Below the pieces are notes generated by a model. That model was not told the origin of the DNA. It was given only the letters and a program-made list of their open reading frames with translations, and ran no database searches. Shown in pieces: positions 50,226 through 64,000 of a stretch of DNA of 64,000 bases. Made by a program: the position numbers and the translations under genes. Source of the stretch: Raja brachyura (lineage: Eukaryota); the NCBI GenBank assembly GCA_963514005.1, contig OY740796.1, forward strand, positions 28,458,001 through 28,522,000, given 5' to 3'. Each line of letters opens with the position of its first letter. Position 1 is the stretch's first letter.

Positions 50226-53074
50226 ACTTATTGGCAGATACTGAAAGACAAGATCAGTCTTTTTGTTTTGATCAAATGTGTTTGATCAAGATCAGACTTT
50301 ACTCAGCCTTCACATACTCCTGACACCCTGATTTTTTTTATGTGCAATTAATTGATGGGATTTTGACAATGCTGACAGATATTGCTCCAATACCCTCAGG
50401 AAGGTGGTTGCAAGCTGCCTGCTTGACCTGCTGCAGTCAAAGTGCCCAGCACGGGGCGCATCACATGGCCAGGAGATGTGATCAGTGCAGGGCAAACTGA
50501 TCTGTTTTAATCCGTACACTGATTTGTACTCTGTATCACTCATCCCAGCTCCGCTAATCCGATGTACGTGTCAGCGGCTCCCTGACGAGGAGCTTTACTG
50601 GAGATTGTGCTCCATTGGGGTTGCGCAGCTAGAACTGCACCAAAAATTATTTTCCATCAGTTCCCAACAAGATTTTGTTGCTGCATCTTTTGTGATTTTT
50701 ATTTTTTGGTATTGCTACCTTGTCCACATCCAACAAGGGGTGCAAAATGGATTTTGTGCTGTAAGGAGTGAACAATCGGCAGGACTTCAGTAGAAATCTG
50801 GGTTGCGTACACAGAGACCCAGTTGTGCTGAACCAGGATTAGCTCTGTGCCAGATGCAGTTGCAGAGCTAAAAGGCTGTAAATGAGATTAGTTTTCATCT
50901 CAATATAATGGCGAGGCAGAGACTTCAGCCAAAATCTGCACTTTCATATTCCCCGTGGAATCAAGCCAGGCTAATGGGATTTCCACATTATGAGCACACA
51001 CACACACAATCATTGGCCCAATATCTAATTCAATACAAAATATTTGAATTGATCAGTAATAAACTGGAGAACCATCAGTACAATAACCCGGTTAACAGGA
51101 GCTAGAATAGATTCAGAAAGTTCTACCTGACTAATCTCGTTAAAATCTGTTACGTGACCAACCTGTTGCGATCCGGGCACAGTGTAGCTGGTTGTCCAAT
51201 AGGTTCTGACAAAGTTCCACGTGGAAGTTGTTGGAATTCAGAGGAAAGGATAATGGCTGCAAAGTAGGAACAAATGGTTACTAGTTGCAACAGTGGAGTC
51301 ACGATATAAACATATGGAGGGGAGGACTTCAGGTCTTGGTGCTATTTCTAATTTGGTTCAATACCCTATTTAACAGAGCAAACAAGTCATGCAGTGACCA
51401 TCTCCAACAAGAGAGCTTCTCACCAGAAGTCCTTATTGACCTGAAAATAAACTGGATCAGTTACGTAGATGGACACAATAGCAGGGCAGAGGTGCGGATT
51501 CTGCAGAAGAACCACCACTCTGACTTAGAAATATATCACTGTTCTTCCTTTGGCACTGGATCATAATCCTTGAACTTCCTGCCTAAAGGAAATACCCTCA
51601 CTAGTAGCAACAGCGCCTCACCTTTGCTTCTCTTACCGCTGATCTCATATCCCAAAAAACTACTAAGAACAAGATTTTAATCTTTTTATAATAAAAAAGT
51701 CCCACCCCACATAATCTTCCCCATCGGTTAAAACCATTTCAGTTCTTACATCATTCTTGATCATGTCCACATGATACCCTATGCAGAATTTGGACATTGC
51801 ATGGCAGAATACGCCCGGAGGTGTTAAATCGTTCCGACTTCTTGCACATTTGAAGATTGAATGCATCCCCCACTCACCTTCCCCCAGACGTCAGACTATA
51901 AGATACAGGAGCAAAATAAGTGGCAGAATAGGCCCTGGTGCTCTGCATGGTTCTATGTATGCTAGGAATTTGAATGCAACCCCCACTCCCCTCACTCAAG
52001 TGCTAAGGTCCTGCCACTGTGGTTTAGAGACATACTCCAGAAATTAGAAGGCAAAATCTGGGTGGATTCCAGTGGGACAACTACACTGTCACTGGTCTGA
52101 ATGATTCTGGTGCACTACCCCATTACCCTTGTATCTGCATTTATTCATAGATCATTGGTCTTTAACAGGTTCCCTGGAACACTCAGTAAAGACTGCAAGT
52201 AGCAAGTTCCAGAGATGATGCAAAATAGATTCCCTTGACATTAAGGCTACATGACTAAATATAATGTCAAGAAATGAGAGGAAAGAGTATAATCAATATG
52301 AATAGGCAAGGGGTGGGGAGAACATCTCCACTGCTGAGATAAAAGTAAATCTGTTGCAATTTTTAGATCAAATCATCCCAGACCCAGCAGTTCCTTAGGG
52401 CAGTGTCTCAGGCCCAACCATCTTCAACTACTTCCATCAATGGCCTTTCTTGTAATATCACTTCTGAAGAGGGCACACCTGCACAATTTTGCTTTCCATT
52501 TAAAATATATTACCAATAACCAAATTCAGCATGCGGCAAGACATGGATAACCTTCAGCCTTGGGATGATAACTGGCAAGTAAGATTTGCCACAAAAGCAC
52601 CAGGTAATGGCCACCTCCACGGTCTAGCCATCTACCCATGATGTTCAATCGTCAGTCCCTCACCATCAACAGCCAAAGTCATCACCAGCTAAACAATTAG
52701 ACGCAGATCTGACAAAGTCAAACTTCTACTTTCTGCTGGAAGAAACAACAACCTCTATTTTAGGTTCTTGCTGTTCCCATCTCTATGCTGCCCAGACCTG
52801 TGGAGAAAGAGCGTGTGAGCGTGTGTATGTATGCACATTGGAAAAACAGAGATATGCTCCACACAATCACACCCAGAGTACAGGAATCAGAATGATAGGG
52901 CATCAGTCTCAATTTCTGTCACTAGCACCCAATAGCTCAAATTCCAAAAACATATTCTGTAATAATTGGATTGTCACTAGTAACGCATAACATGCCACAA
53001 CAGGGAAGTCTTGACAGAAGACAACTTCTGTCAAAAGAAACAAGAGTCTTTTTCAACCGGGATGGAAATATCAA

Positions 53075-53442
53075 AGCCCGGAGGGGAGGATGCTCCTCAA
53101 ACTGCGGAGCATCCTGGACAATACAGCTCACCCCCTCCATGCCACACTGGTCAGCCTGAGGAGTACCTTCAGCAATAGACTGGTTCCACCACCATGCAGG
53201 ACAGAATGCCACAGGAGATCCTTCTCCCCTGTGGCTATCAAACTTTACAACTCCTCCCCCTTCTGTCCTGGGGTAGACGGAGACTGACTCCCTCTCCCAC
53301 ACCCCCTCCCCAATCTTGGCATATCCCCTAATCCTTTCCACTTGTCACTTTAATTTCATGTTTCATGAATTTTGTGTTTTTATGACTGTTGGCAGGTCAA
53401 TTTCCCTCCTGGGATTAATAAAGTTCTATCGTATCGTATCAT
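53075..53442 (+). mobile_element. Rex1/Babar LINE 3' fragment
   Basis: LRSILDNTAHPLH...RTECHRRSFSPVAIKLYN; tail aataaagttctatcgtatcgtatc. Confidence 0.85.
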
Positions 53443-55164
53443 ACACTATAGGGGAAAGTGGTGGAAGCAGATATGAAAGCAATGTTTATGAGGAGTTTAG
53501 ACAGGCACATCAACAGACAGGAAATTGAGGGTATACAGACAACGTGCCAGTAGATGTGCAGTTTAAATTGGATCACGTTTAGCACAGACATTGTGGGGCA
53601 AAGGGCATGTTCTATATTCTATGTAACTATCAGCACTTACAAATACAACTGCATATATTTCCGTAGCAACTTTGAGCAAAATGCCTCAAGGAAGTTCCAG
53701 GCTATAAATCAGACAAAAGGTGACCCAGTAACATGCAAGAATTAGGAAACATCAAGAGGTTAACTAATGAAAGGTGGGGAGGTTTGGGGAAGAAATTCCA
53801 GAAAGGTCAAGACCTTGTTAGCAAGGTGAACAGTGGCTTTGGAATATACTGGAGACAAAGTGTCAGCAAACACGCTTGGTTCAGATAAAATAAAGGCAGG
53901 CTCACGTTTAAAGATTTTTACCCCGATATACAATACTGATGTTGCTCTGGAAACTCATTTGATTGGAGAGATTTGTGGCAAATCAGTTTAATCTTGACAT
54001 TCGAAAAGCACGAAACCTTGCATACCAAAGGCTTCATTCATCATTTGAGCAGACTCCAGTCGGACTAACCGACCTGGAATTGGGATTGGGATTCTGATTA
54101 TCAGACAAAGCTGGCAAATGCAAGTGCATGTGAACATTCCCATGACTAGTTAACCTGCAAATGCTCACTTCAGACCAGGGTACCCGAGACACTAGCATAG
54201 TTTCTACCCTAGGAAACGGTGGCAGAAAGCAAACGCCATCTGCACTGTGGCTCATGATTCACAAAGCACAAGAAGCAAAAAGCCTTGTATGGCTTGCGAG
54301 GGCATATGGATAGCAAAGGCTGCTTGGAGCAGTGGCTCAGACATCCAAAACAAGGATCAACCAAAACTTGGCCTCACCTCAATAAAAAGATAATTTTACA
54401 ATAAATGGGTTCAAATCATAATTTGAGCCCATTTATTCTCCTCTCGCATTGCAGCACTATTCAGCAGTCTCACTAACCTCCCTGCTCCCTCACACTATCG
54501 AATGAGCAGCATTTCCAGAGAAACAGCAGCCAGACATCAATGAACAATCGCTGCAAGACTAAAGAGAAGCAAGACACCAACTCACTTTGGTACAAACGCA
54601 AAATGTGTTGTTTGGTACCAATTGACAGGAAGGGTCTCAAGATAATGATTTAAGCCCAAGAAAAAAAGTGATTTAATCCTCGGCCACTGCTTAACAATTA
54701 CAACCGAGGACAGGCCATTCAACCCCTTCATTTGGTGGTTATTTTCAACACCCCAAATCAGTAGCTGCCAGTTTTTCACTTTACATTAGCCCAAGAAACA
54801 TTGACATGATTGCCACCAATTAATATGAAGGGAAGCATTCCATATCTTCTGAGTACCCAGTGTAAAAACCTATAGGAGCTAATCCCAAATTTCTTGCAAT
54901 TGAATCTAGTGTCTTCATTTGTTGTGTGGGCAGCTTGCAGGCCAAGTGATGATGCACGTTATTTATATTGCACCCTAGGACAAGACCATGAGCCAGAGAG
55001 AGAACAAATCCTACGGTTTTGCTCATCTTAGTCTAGATTCAGCCCATTTCTGTCCATACCATTTTATTTCTGATAGCTCCTGAAAATCAAATATTTCCTA
55101 ATGGACACAGACCGAATTAGTTTATTATGACCCAACTAGCCCAGGAGAGTGGGGAAACACAACA

Positions 55165-55441
55165 CATGCTAACCCCGGGGAACAAACGGGTTCGGTTTTT
55201 ACAGACGTCTGTTCGTAAGTTAGTTGTTCATGTCCGAAATATATATAAAATTCACTATGGCAATCATATCGCCACAATATTATAATGAATGGCCTTGAAG
55301 TCTGATAGGAAACAATAATTACTAAAAGTAGTGAGAACGCAGAAATTAGTTCTGCCGTTTGTATGAATGATTGTGTTTATGTAGGTTGGACATTTACATG
55401 GGTGTCAATAAGTCGGCCATTTGTAACCTGGGGATGGCCTG
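55165..55441. mobile_element. Degenerate Tc1/mariner-Tigger-like MITE
   Basis: catgctaaccccggggaacaaac versus reverse complement of the end caggccatccccaggttacaaat; internal ttcgtaagt motif. Confidence 0.55.
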
Positions 55442-56108
55442 TGCCAGGTTACTGGGCTAAGACTTGACAAGCCACAGGGACTGTACCCTTTATTAGGGCC
55501 ACAGCCTTGCTGCAATCGCCTTGCTGCCATGCCCTCCAAGCACAATGTTCATCAGACAGCATGAACAGTCAGCACCTGTCCCGCCCTGCTGAGCTTCAAA
55601 AGGCACAGAGACCCGATATTCTCTTTGCCAACAGATGTTTCTGAAGCACTTCAAAACATTTTCCATTCAAGCTAACATCAAATGTTTAGTACAATGGATT
55701 GAACTCAGTCACGGAAGCTCCCATGGGCCAGATCCTCAGCCATATTTTCCATAGGAACTTAGTTCTAAGCTGCTTTCTCTGCAAAACTGCCTCTCCTTCT
55801 GCAGCACAGGCATCGTATTGAGCAGAAACCGCCATTGCACCATTTCCATTGTACTGCCTGAAGGTAACCTAGCACATAATGCAGACTCAGCCCTTGGTCC
55901 AACTGATTCCAGAGCCTTTCTCCCACTTTCTTCCAGACCTGTCATCTTTGCTAAAGGTTCTTCCCATTCCACAGAATTCCAATGGAGCAACACATCCAGC
56001 CAGAATCCATGCCGCAGAAACTCTCAGCAAATGCTGAGACCATGGGGTCAGCCTACATTTATTGAAATGTGCTGATTTTTAACGTCCAGCATACTCCAAG
56101 AAATTACT

Positions 56109-56327
56109 TGTTAAAGAAGGAACTGCAGATGCTGGAGAATCGAGGGTTACACAAAAAGCTGGAGAAACTCAGCGGGTGCAGCAGCATCTAAGGAGTGAAG
56201 GAGATAGGCGACGTTTCGGGTCGAGACCCTTCTTCAGACAGGAGGGTCTCGACCCGAAACGTCGCCTATCTCCTTCACTCCTTAGATGCTGCTGCACCCG
56301 CTGAGTTTCTCCAGCTTTTTGTGTAAC
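56109..56327. mobile_element. Palindromic mini-Penelope with hammerhead-like core
   Basis: ~90-bp near-perfect inverted arms; TSD ccaagaaattact(t) at 56096 and 56328. Confidence 0.9.
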
Positions 56328-57859
56328 CCAAGAAATTACTTCCCAGCTGGAAATGATGGTTTTTGGCAGGATGCGAAGGAGGATAGTGTGCTCCTTCACG
56401 TAGCTGGAAAAGAAAGATTCCACAAGGAAATGTACAGATCTGGAAGCTCCCTGCAGGGAGCTGAACATTATTTCTGTCAACACCATAGGACTAACACTCG
56501 ACCCAATGAGATCTGGCACAGACACCAACATTTACTGGTTCAACATCCCTGCAGCCTTCAAGCCCTGCCCTTTTCTTTTCTTCTCGTTCTTTACTCTGCC
56601 TTCTAGAATGGGTTACTGCAGAGCTCCACATTCCCATCAATTTCAAGGGACAACATGTTTTGTTTTAAATTGCCTTGGGATTTGTAAATGGCTGTGTTCT
56701 GGACACTGCTGTTTGAGACAACCCCAAGTTACGACAGAGAACATAATGGTGCTTTCCCGATTTTGCAGCTTCACAGCTCCGTTTGTTCCACAGCACCGAT
56801 GCCAGCTGTGACTGCAAGTTACCGATAGCAACAGGCCGCTGATTGGCCAACACGTTTACATAGGACAGCAGTGTTCAATGCACCAGTTGCATCGCAGTTT
56901 TCAAAGATGAATAGAACAGCTTGTCTGCCTTTCTAATGCAGTCCCTCGGGATAGAGGATGATTTGCTTCCACTAAAAATTAAGAGCAATGTGGCTGATGA
57001 AGCCAGTAGGAAATCACGGACTATTACACAGGGAAGGTTCTCTACAGGGCAAGTGGATAGATGAAGAACTAGCATCCTCCTTCTCATTTTACACAAGGTG
57101 CCTATGCATTTCACAATTCACAAACGAGGTTCTCAATACCTCCTTCATTCCCACCATCTCCTGGACCAGAGATTCTAGTAGACACTGGGAATGTTTCACA
57201 TTTTCTTCTCCCCAAAGGAAGCTTTGAGCACCTCCTTGAATAGTTTCTCCTGTTCACCTGATAACCTCTGCCAGTGGCATAGCTGTGAATAGAGCTAGTA
57301 TTTCAGGAGCCTGGTGTTCGGCAAGCCGAGGTAACTTGGCCCTCAACCTGTAATGTTGGCTGGGAGTTGGTTAATTTGTGCTGCCAGCAAAATTGGAATA
57401 TTGTACAGAGAAAACACTAGCATTATCTCTCCAGTCCTTTGAAATAGTCCAGTTCTCAGAAAACTACCGTTGGGGACAGAAATTGCTGCCGCCCTGTAAA
57501 CCATGTGCTCTGTACCAGGTCTGGTTTTGATCTTCAGCTATTTTGTCCCTCCCCCTTCAGTCACCTTAAAGAATGTACTGGCACATTAAACGTGGCCATA
57601 CATTTCATCGTCAAATCTGCTTTTGCAGAGGTGGCTGCTTCTTCCATATCTCACAGAGGACCTTTATTGTAGCAGATGAAAGACAGAAAGGTTCTTGGAG
57701 GACAAAACATCTTGTACCAACCAGTCTTAAAAACAGCCTGAGGCACTTTGTCAGATCAAAGTGTCTGTAGTTGACAAAAGAAAGGAAAACTGAAGCTGGA
57801 CGAGAAATAAAGATGATACGGGTCACCTTTACGGCTTCCTCTGTTGGTTAAATTCTCAC

Positions 57860-58095
57860 TGTTGCAGGGATGTAGATCAATGATTCAGAGACACAAGTTC
57901 CACTCTCACCACAGCAGCTGGGAATTTAAAATAAATCTAGAATTAATGCCAATTTCAAGAAGTGACCAGGAGACTGCTTGATGTTCAGAAAATCCAATCT
58001 GGTTCACAAACCTTTTGCAGAGGAAGTCTGCCATCACCCACTATGACCTGCACACGACTCAAGACCCAGCAACATGGTTAATTCTTAACCACCTT
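57860..58095 (+). mobile_element. Old SINE remnant (shark L2-tailed type)
   Basis: atctggttcac...gaggaagtctgccatc...gactcaagacccagcaacatggttaattcttaac; degenerate. Confidence 0.45.
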
Positions 58096-59100
58096 CTGAG
58101 ATGAGAACAGCTGGGGGAGAACCCACAGTGACGGAAGAACTCAGCAAGAGCAGTACCAACAGGCCACTCAAGCCAGAACTGCCATTCAGTCATATTTCAT
58201 TGACCCATTGATGGGATAACTCAACTGGCCCATCTCAATCCCCTTTCTCTGGGGCACTGAACTCCAAAGATTGAGGCAACAGAAGAAATGCCTTCTTACC
58301 TTTGCTCAACCGACAACCCCTTATTCTGAAACTATAGCCCCTGGATCTTGATTCCCTCATACAGCGAAACATCCTACCCTGACAATCCTTTGCAGCATAA
58401 AGAGTCATACAGCGTGGAAACGGGCTCTTCGGCCCAACTTACCCACACTGACCAACATGTCCCAACTACTTCACGTCCCACCTGCCTGCATTTGGCCCAT
58501 ATCCCTCAAAAACTGTCCTATCCATGTACCCTTCTCTTGATCAAATGTAGAGATGTACAGATCTCAACGAAGTCAGATGGGGCGTGACCAAGACTGTCCT
58601 GCTGAAGCACGTCCCTTCCCTTCGTATTTCATATCCACCTTTCCCATGACAAGACATACAATTCTCCTGCTTGGTTCAGAGCTAATGACTAATGCTGATC
58701 CAGTGCTGCTGTCACCATCAATAAATGGTAAACTCAATCAGTCCATGAAAAAGGGAGGCTTCCTTTGATCATTAACTCAGAGGTACTGAAGCATGAGAGG
58801 CATGGAAATATGCATGGAGCCAAAATGGGCCGTTGAGGATGTCCAATACAGGCTCATCCCAAATGAACTGTCAGGGAAAGGAAGACTGTACAAACCCCAT
58901 GGCCATTTATCCAACAATCACTAATAGCACAGCCAACACTTGGTCTCAAGAATATCAGAGTGATGCAATACATGTATATACCCCAAGGGTGAAAAGAACC
59001 ATCACAAAACATTTGTTCCACTGCAAGCTACTGGTTGCTTAAACCACAACAAAACAGACATTCCAGCCCAACAGTGGGTAAAGGACAGCAAAAGAAACTT

Positions 59101-59371
59101 GGGTAGCACAGTAACACAGGGGGAGTGTTGCTGCCTCACAGCACCAGAGACCCGGATCTGATCCTAGCCCGCACGTTCTGCCTGCAACCACATGAGTTTA
59201 TTCCAGATGCTCTGGTTTTCACCCACATTCCAAAGACGTGCAGTTTTGTAGTTTAAATACCTTCTGTAAATTGCCCCTAATGAGCAGAATAGAACTAGTG
59301 TATGGGTGATCACCGGTCAACAGTCTCGATGGGCCGAAGTGCATGTTTCCACATTGCATCTCTAAACTAAA
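59101..59371 (+). mobile_element. HE1/V-SINE
   Basis: gctgcctcacagcaccagagacccgg, cacattccaaagacgtgc, tail tctctaaactaaa. Confidence 0.82.
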
Positions 59372-60169
59372 GTCCCAGAGCACATTGATGCATTTGGATG
59401 TCAGAGAAATGTACTAGTCCAGAAAATGCTAGAATTCCAACACCTTCTACATAAGCTTCCAACACTCAAGAAATATGCATTATAGCAGAACTACCTGTAT
59501 ATAGAAACCAACACTAGTCCAACAATCCCCAATTCAACTTCCCTCTTCCCAAAACGTCAACTCTGGCCATTAAACAGATAACAGACAACAATACAGCACA
59601 GGAAAAGGCCCATTGGCCCACAATGAACAGAATGCCTGCATATCCATGTGCAATCTAAATGCTTCTTACATGCCACTATCGTAACTGCCTCCCACACCAC
59701 CCTGGCATTGCGTTCCAAGCACTCACCAATCTCAGGGTAAGAAGAAAAAAACGTGCCCAGCGCATGTCCTTGAAACTGCTTCCCTCTCATCTTAAAGCCA
59801 TGCCCTCCAGTCCTTGACATTTCCATCCTGAGAAAAGAGACCACTACACTTTCTTCTGTTTTTTTGCTACCTAGTCTCCAGATCCCAAACATTTAAATGA
59901 ACATGTTACTTCATCACACCAGCACATGGTTAACCAGAGGGAAATGTACAGTAGAGACCCCAGGTAGACAGTACTACGAATGCTACTTTTCTTAATATCT
60001 ATTAATGATTTGGAAGTATACAATTTCAAAATGCCAGAACTTAGGGCAGAGTGAACTAGAGACAGACAGATACATTGATGAAATTTAATGCTTTGGGAGG
60101 AAGAACATGAAATGCAAACTAGAGGACGTCTTTAAAAAGGTCACAAGAGCAGAGCTATCATCGCATGCA

Positions 60170-60630
60170 TGTTTAAGAAAAAACAGCAGATGCTGGAAAA
60201 TTCAAAGGTGGACAAAAATTGCTGGAGAAACTCAGCGAGTGAGGCAGCATCAATGGAGAGAAAGAATAGGCGATGTTTCGGGTTGAGACCCTTCTTCAGA
60301 CTGATGTCGGGATGGGGGAGACGGGAAAAAGAGAGGAAGAGGCGGCGATAGTAGGCTTTGTGGGAGAGTTGGGAAGGCAGAGGGGAAGGAGGGAGAAAGT
60401 AAGGGCTATCTAAAATTATAGAAGTCAATGTTCATACCGTTGGGGAGTAAACGGCCAAAGCGAAATACGAGGTGCTGTTACTCCAATTTGCACTGGGCCT
60501 CACTCTGGCAATGGAGGAGTCCTGCACCCCGCTGACATCAGTCTGAAGAAGGGTCTCGACCCGAAACGTCATCTATTCCTTCTCTCCATAGATGCTGCCT
60601 CACTCGCTGAGTTTATCCAGCATTTTCTGT
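60170..60630. mobile_element. 5'-truncated Penelope insertion with inverted pLTR and intact hammerhead-like cores
   Basis: Minus-strand pLTR plus GIY-YIG tail 60170-60520, then inverted pLTR 60521-60630 (ctgaagaagggtctcgacccgaaacgtc); 18-bp flanking repeat ctatcatcgcatgcatgt at 60155 and 60631. Confidence 0.9.
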
Positions 60631-60649
60631 CTATCATCGCATGCATGTA

Positions 60650-62490
60650 CATCGCACATTGAATGTGGCCGGGCAGGTTGAGAAAATGGGCGTAATAAAG
60701 TATGCGGAATCCTGCACTTTATAAATCAAGCCAGTGAGCAAGGAAATCATGGCAACATTTTATAAAACGCCAGTTTGGCACAACCAGAGTAGAGTGCCCA
60801 GTTCCTGACACTAGATATTTGGAAAGATTTAAAGTCTTTCAAGACTGCGCAGAAGAGATTTACTAAATAGATTACAAGGATGAGAGATTTTGGATTGTCT
60901 GGAGGTGGAATTATTGACAGTAGAGCAGGTAAGGTGGCTGACATATGTAGAAAATAGAACAGACAAGAACAGTGGGAGGAGCAGAAACATGAGGACCGAC
61001 AGGCTTAATTGCATTAGTTTTAATACAAGTAGCCTCACTGGCATGATTGATAGGCCGAGTGTGTGGATGAGCACACGGGATTATGATATTGATGCAATCA
61101 TTGGAACATGATTGATGGATGGGCAAGAATAGCAGCTCGATGTGCCAGGATGTAAAAGTTTCAGATGTGACAGAGAGGTTGAAAAAGAGGGGGTGGTGTG
61201 GAAGTACTGCTCTGGCAATGAGGTTATTTGGGTAAAATAAATAAGAAAAGGCTGGTCAGTATGTGGGGCTATGCTATAGACCTCTCAAAAGTCCATAGGA
61301 ATTGGAAGAGACTCGTAGGCAGATCATAGCAGGGCTATAGAAGTAGTGATTTTAAACTTTTCAAACATTGACGAGGGTAACTTCAGTACCACGGACTTGG
61401 ATGGGGATGCATTCAAGAGAGTTTTTTCCTGAATCAATATGTAGAGTGTCCTATTAGGAAGGGGGCTTGACCTCATCTAGGACAGGCAAGTGGTGGAAGG
61501 AATTGCCGAGGAACACTTTGAGAACAGTACCATAGAGGTTGGAGATTAGAGGTTGTAATGGAAAAAGATAAAGCAAGTCCTTGAGTTCAGTCCCGGTTCA
61601 GTGCAGTGGACATCTCCTATGCTTGCCTTCATAGGGCAAGGCATTAGGTGCAATAGTTGGGACGTTATGTTGCAGCTGTACAAAACATTGCTTAAACTGC
61701 ATTTGGAATATTGTGCACAATTCTGGTCAACACACTACAGAAATGATGTGTAAATAATAGAGAGAGTTCAGTGGATGATAGCTGGAATGAAGGGTTGTAA
61801 TTATAAGGAGAGATTGGACAGGCTAGGTTTATTCTCACCGAAATGCAAGAGCTAAGGGACAATCATATATAAAAGTTTAGATTAGGAGCAGCACAGTGGT
61901 GCATCAGTAGAGTTACTGACTTACAGTGCCAGAGACCCGGGTTTGATCCTAACCACTGCTGCTGTATGTATGGAGTTTGCACATCCTCCGTGACTGTGTG
62001 GTTTTTCTCCAAGTGCTCTGGTTTCCTCCCACATTCCAAAGATGTCCAGGTTTGTAGGACAATTGTTTTTTTGTAAATTGTCCCTAGAGTGTAGAATAAA
62101 ACTAGTGTATGAATAATTAATGATAGTATGGACTCAGTGGGCTGAAGGACCTGTTTGCACTCTATGCCTAAACTAAACTAAACATGATGAGGGCCATAGA
62201 AAGGGTAAATATTCAGCCTTTTTCTTAGGGCAGGGAATGCTAGAACTATGGGGAACAGATTTAAGGGAGGAGATTGGAGGGGCAAGATTTCTCCAACACA
62301 GCAGGTGATGAATATCTGCCAGAGGAGGGGGTGGAGGTTTACAATGTTTAAACAATGTTTAATTACAATGTTTAAAAGGCATTTGGAAAGGAACTTGAAA
62401 AGGAAAGGTGTAAAGGCATGTGGGCCAAATGTAATTAGCATTGATTAGGCATCAGAGGCAGGGAAGGGTGGCTGTTTCTGTGCTGTACAT
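60650..62490 (+). mobile_element. Mosaic of old CR1 fragments, with an HE1 SINE nested at 61885-62182
   Basis: Degenerate endonuclease (YDIDAIIGT-W) and HLEYCAQFW-like segments; SINE head gcagcacagtggtgcatcagtagag and tail ctaaactaaac. Confidence 0.7.
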
Positions 62491-62496
62491 TTCCAG

Positions 62497-62699
62497 TGTA
62501 GGAAAGAACTGCAAATGCTGGTTTAATTCGAAGATAGACAAAATGCTGGAGTAACACAGCGGGACAGGCAGCATCTCAGGAGCGAAGGAATGGGTGATGT
62601 TTCGTGTCTGAAGAAGGGTCTCGACCCGAAACGTCACCCTTTCCTTCTCTCCAGAGATGCTGCTTGTCCCGCTGAGTTACTCCAACATTTTGTGTCTAC
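62497..62699. mobile_element. Palindromic mini-Penelope with hammerhead-like core
   Basis: ctgaagaagggtctcgacccgaaacgtc at 62608; 14-bp TSD ctgtacatttccag at 62483-62496 and 62700-62713. Confidence 0.9.
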
Positions 62700-63750
62700 C
62701 TGTACATTTCCAGGCTTGTTCAGGGAAGAGGGAGGATTGAAGAGATCTGATGGGATATTAAAGTACCCGGACATAATAGAGTTAAAAAGCGTTTCCATTG
62801 GTAGAGTGAAAAAAGTGTTTACATTTGTGGAGGAGCCAATACCCAGAAGACAGAAGAAAGGAATTGGCCAAAGCACCCGAGGGACACCAAGCTTTTTTAA
62901 AAACAAGCACAGCAAGTGGTGAGAACATGGAATGCACTGCAGGAGTGGCAGAAATAAACAACTTAGCTTTCAGATGCTTCCAGCTCACTTCTGAAAGGAA
63001 GTAGTTTCCACGACAGTGCGGAGAGTGAGTGGTGGGACTGGATTTTTTGAGATAAACCAGTAAGGTCTTATGGGCCAAAGAGCCTCCTCCTGTACTGTAA
63101 CCATGCTGTGATTGTGAACTGTGGGGTATGGTACCTGGACCTTGCAGTGAACTGTAAGGCACAGACCATAACTCCACACTCTGTCGCTTGCCTTAAGTGT
63201 GGCTTCACTTACTGCCTGCTCCCATTTGTCCGTTGGAGATCTGGACAGAAATTGCTCTGTCAATGTCCAGTCGCTATCTGTAGGACAGATCCACCCACAT
63301 TGCCTCACCCTCCAGGCAACAAACTAGCCTGCAGAAGTTATGAATGCAAAGCCTTGTTGTGAGACACAGGAGCTTGGCGCCCTCGTGACCTGCTTGTTTC
63401 TGCAGGCAGCCAGGGCACACAGTGGCCCATTGAACAGGCGATGATGCATTGCTGGTAATTACAAGCGACTTCTTCACATTCCTCAATCCCACACATCCTA
63501 TCCCAAATATGCTGACCTTCAGTAATTGGCTGCCGCCTCCATCGTACAGCAGCCAAGAACCTCTGGCTAGGAGGAGGCTTACAGAAAACTAATGTCACTC
63601 ACGCTCAAAGGTTTTAGCCACTAAAATGTCAAGCATCATTTCTGGCTGAAGACATTTTTTTTTTAAATATAAGCAGGCCTTTGTTCTGGTGCCTCTCCCT
63701 CTGTTCATGCCACCACACACGGGAAGGCAGCGCTCAACAATAGTAGCTCA

Positions 63751-64000
63751 CTAGACTAAGTGGGACCCGTTGGGTCCCATGTTCACACGGGAGGGCTGGT
63801 CCCCCAACACAATATTCCACCTCTCCACCAATTCCAATATTGGTGGCCTGTGGGGGGGCTTTCTGGAGCGCTGGTATGGGTTCTTGGGGTGGCAGCTCAG
63901 TCACTCAAGCCTGATATGCTGGCAGCTCACTCATGGCTGGCAGTTGACTCATGGCTAATCCTTGAAATTCCATTTCAAGCAGGGTGCAAGGCCACCAAAT
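63751..64000 (-). mobile_element. Helitron-like element, 3' terminus (continues beyond the window)
   Basis: Minus strand reads tgggaccc-aac-gggtccca hairpin, then cttagt, then CTAG|T: the canonical Helitron 3' end. Confidence 0.7.

Noticed and set aside
50575-50600. ctgacgag as another hammerhead core
   Set aside because: No helix II-GAAA partner downstream.

Overview
Eukaryotic, repeat-rich vertebrate DNA, most consistent with a cartilaginous fish, probably a skate or ray (inferred from HER1/CR1 LINEs, HE1/V-SINEs, Rex1/Babar LINEs and abundant Penelope fragments). One protein-coding gene is supported: poly(rC)-binding protein 4 (PCBP4) on the minus strand. I reconstructed it by hand as 12 in-frame GT-AG coding exons from ATG 24670 (alternative upstream ATG 24700) to TGA 7539, about 412 aa, with three KH domains and the diagnostic C-terminus KKSERQKFSPY. 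It has a CpG-island promoter and candidate non-coding exon 1 at about 27.4-28.0 kb and a 3' UTR of up to about 2.2 kb. The stretch from 28 to 64 kb is gene-poor and made mostly of transposon relics. The most notable accessory signal is a set of short, often palindromic Penelope-derived inserts that carry a minimal hammerhead-ribozyme core (CTGAAGA-stem-GAAAC GTC) and are flanked by 10-18 bp target-site duplications. Also present are a TAG-ended Academ-like non-autonomous transposon 33 bp from a PCBP4 splice donor, a Helitron 3' terminus, a ~280 bp foldback element without a TSD, LINE copies with internal deletions or a fold-back, and a textbook plus-strand intron downstream of PCBP4. All family assignments come from recalled motifs, not database searches.
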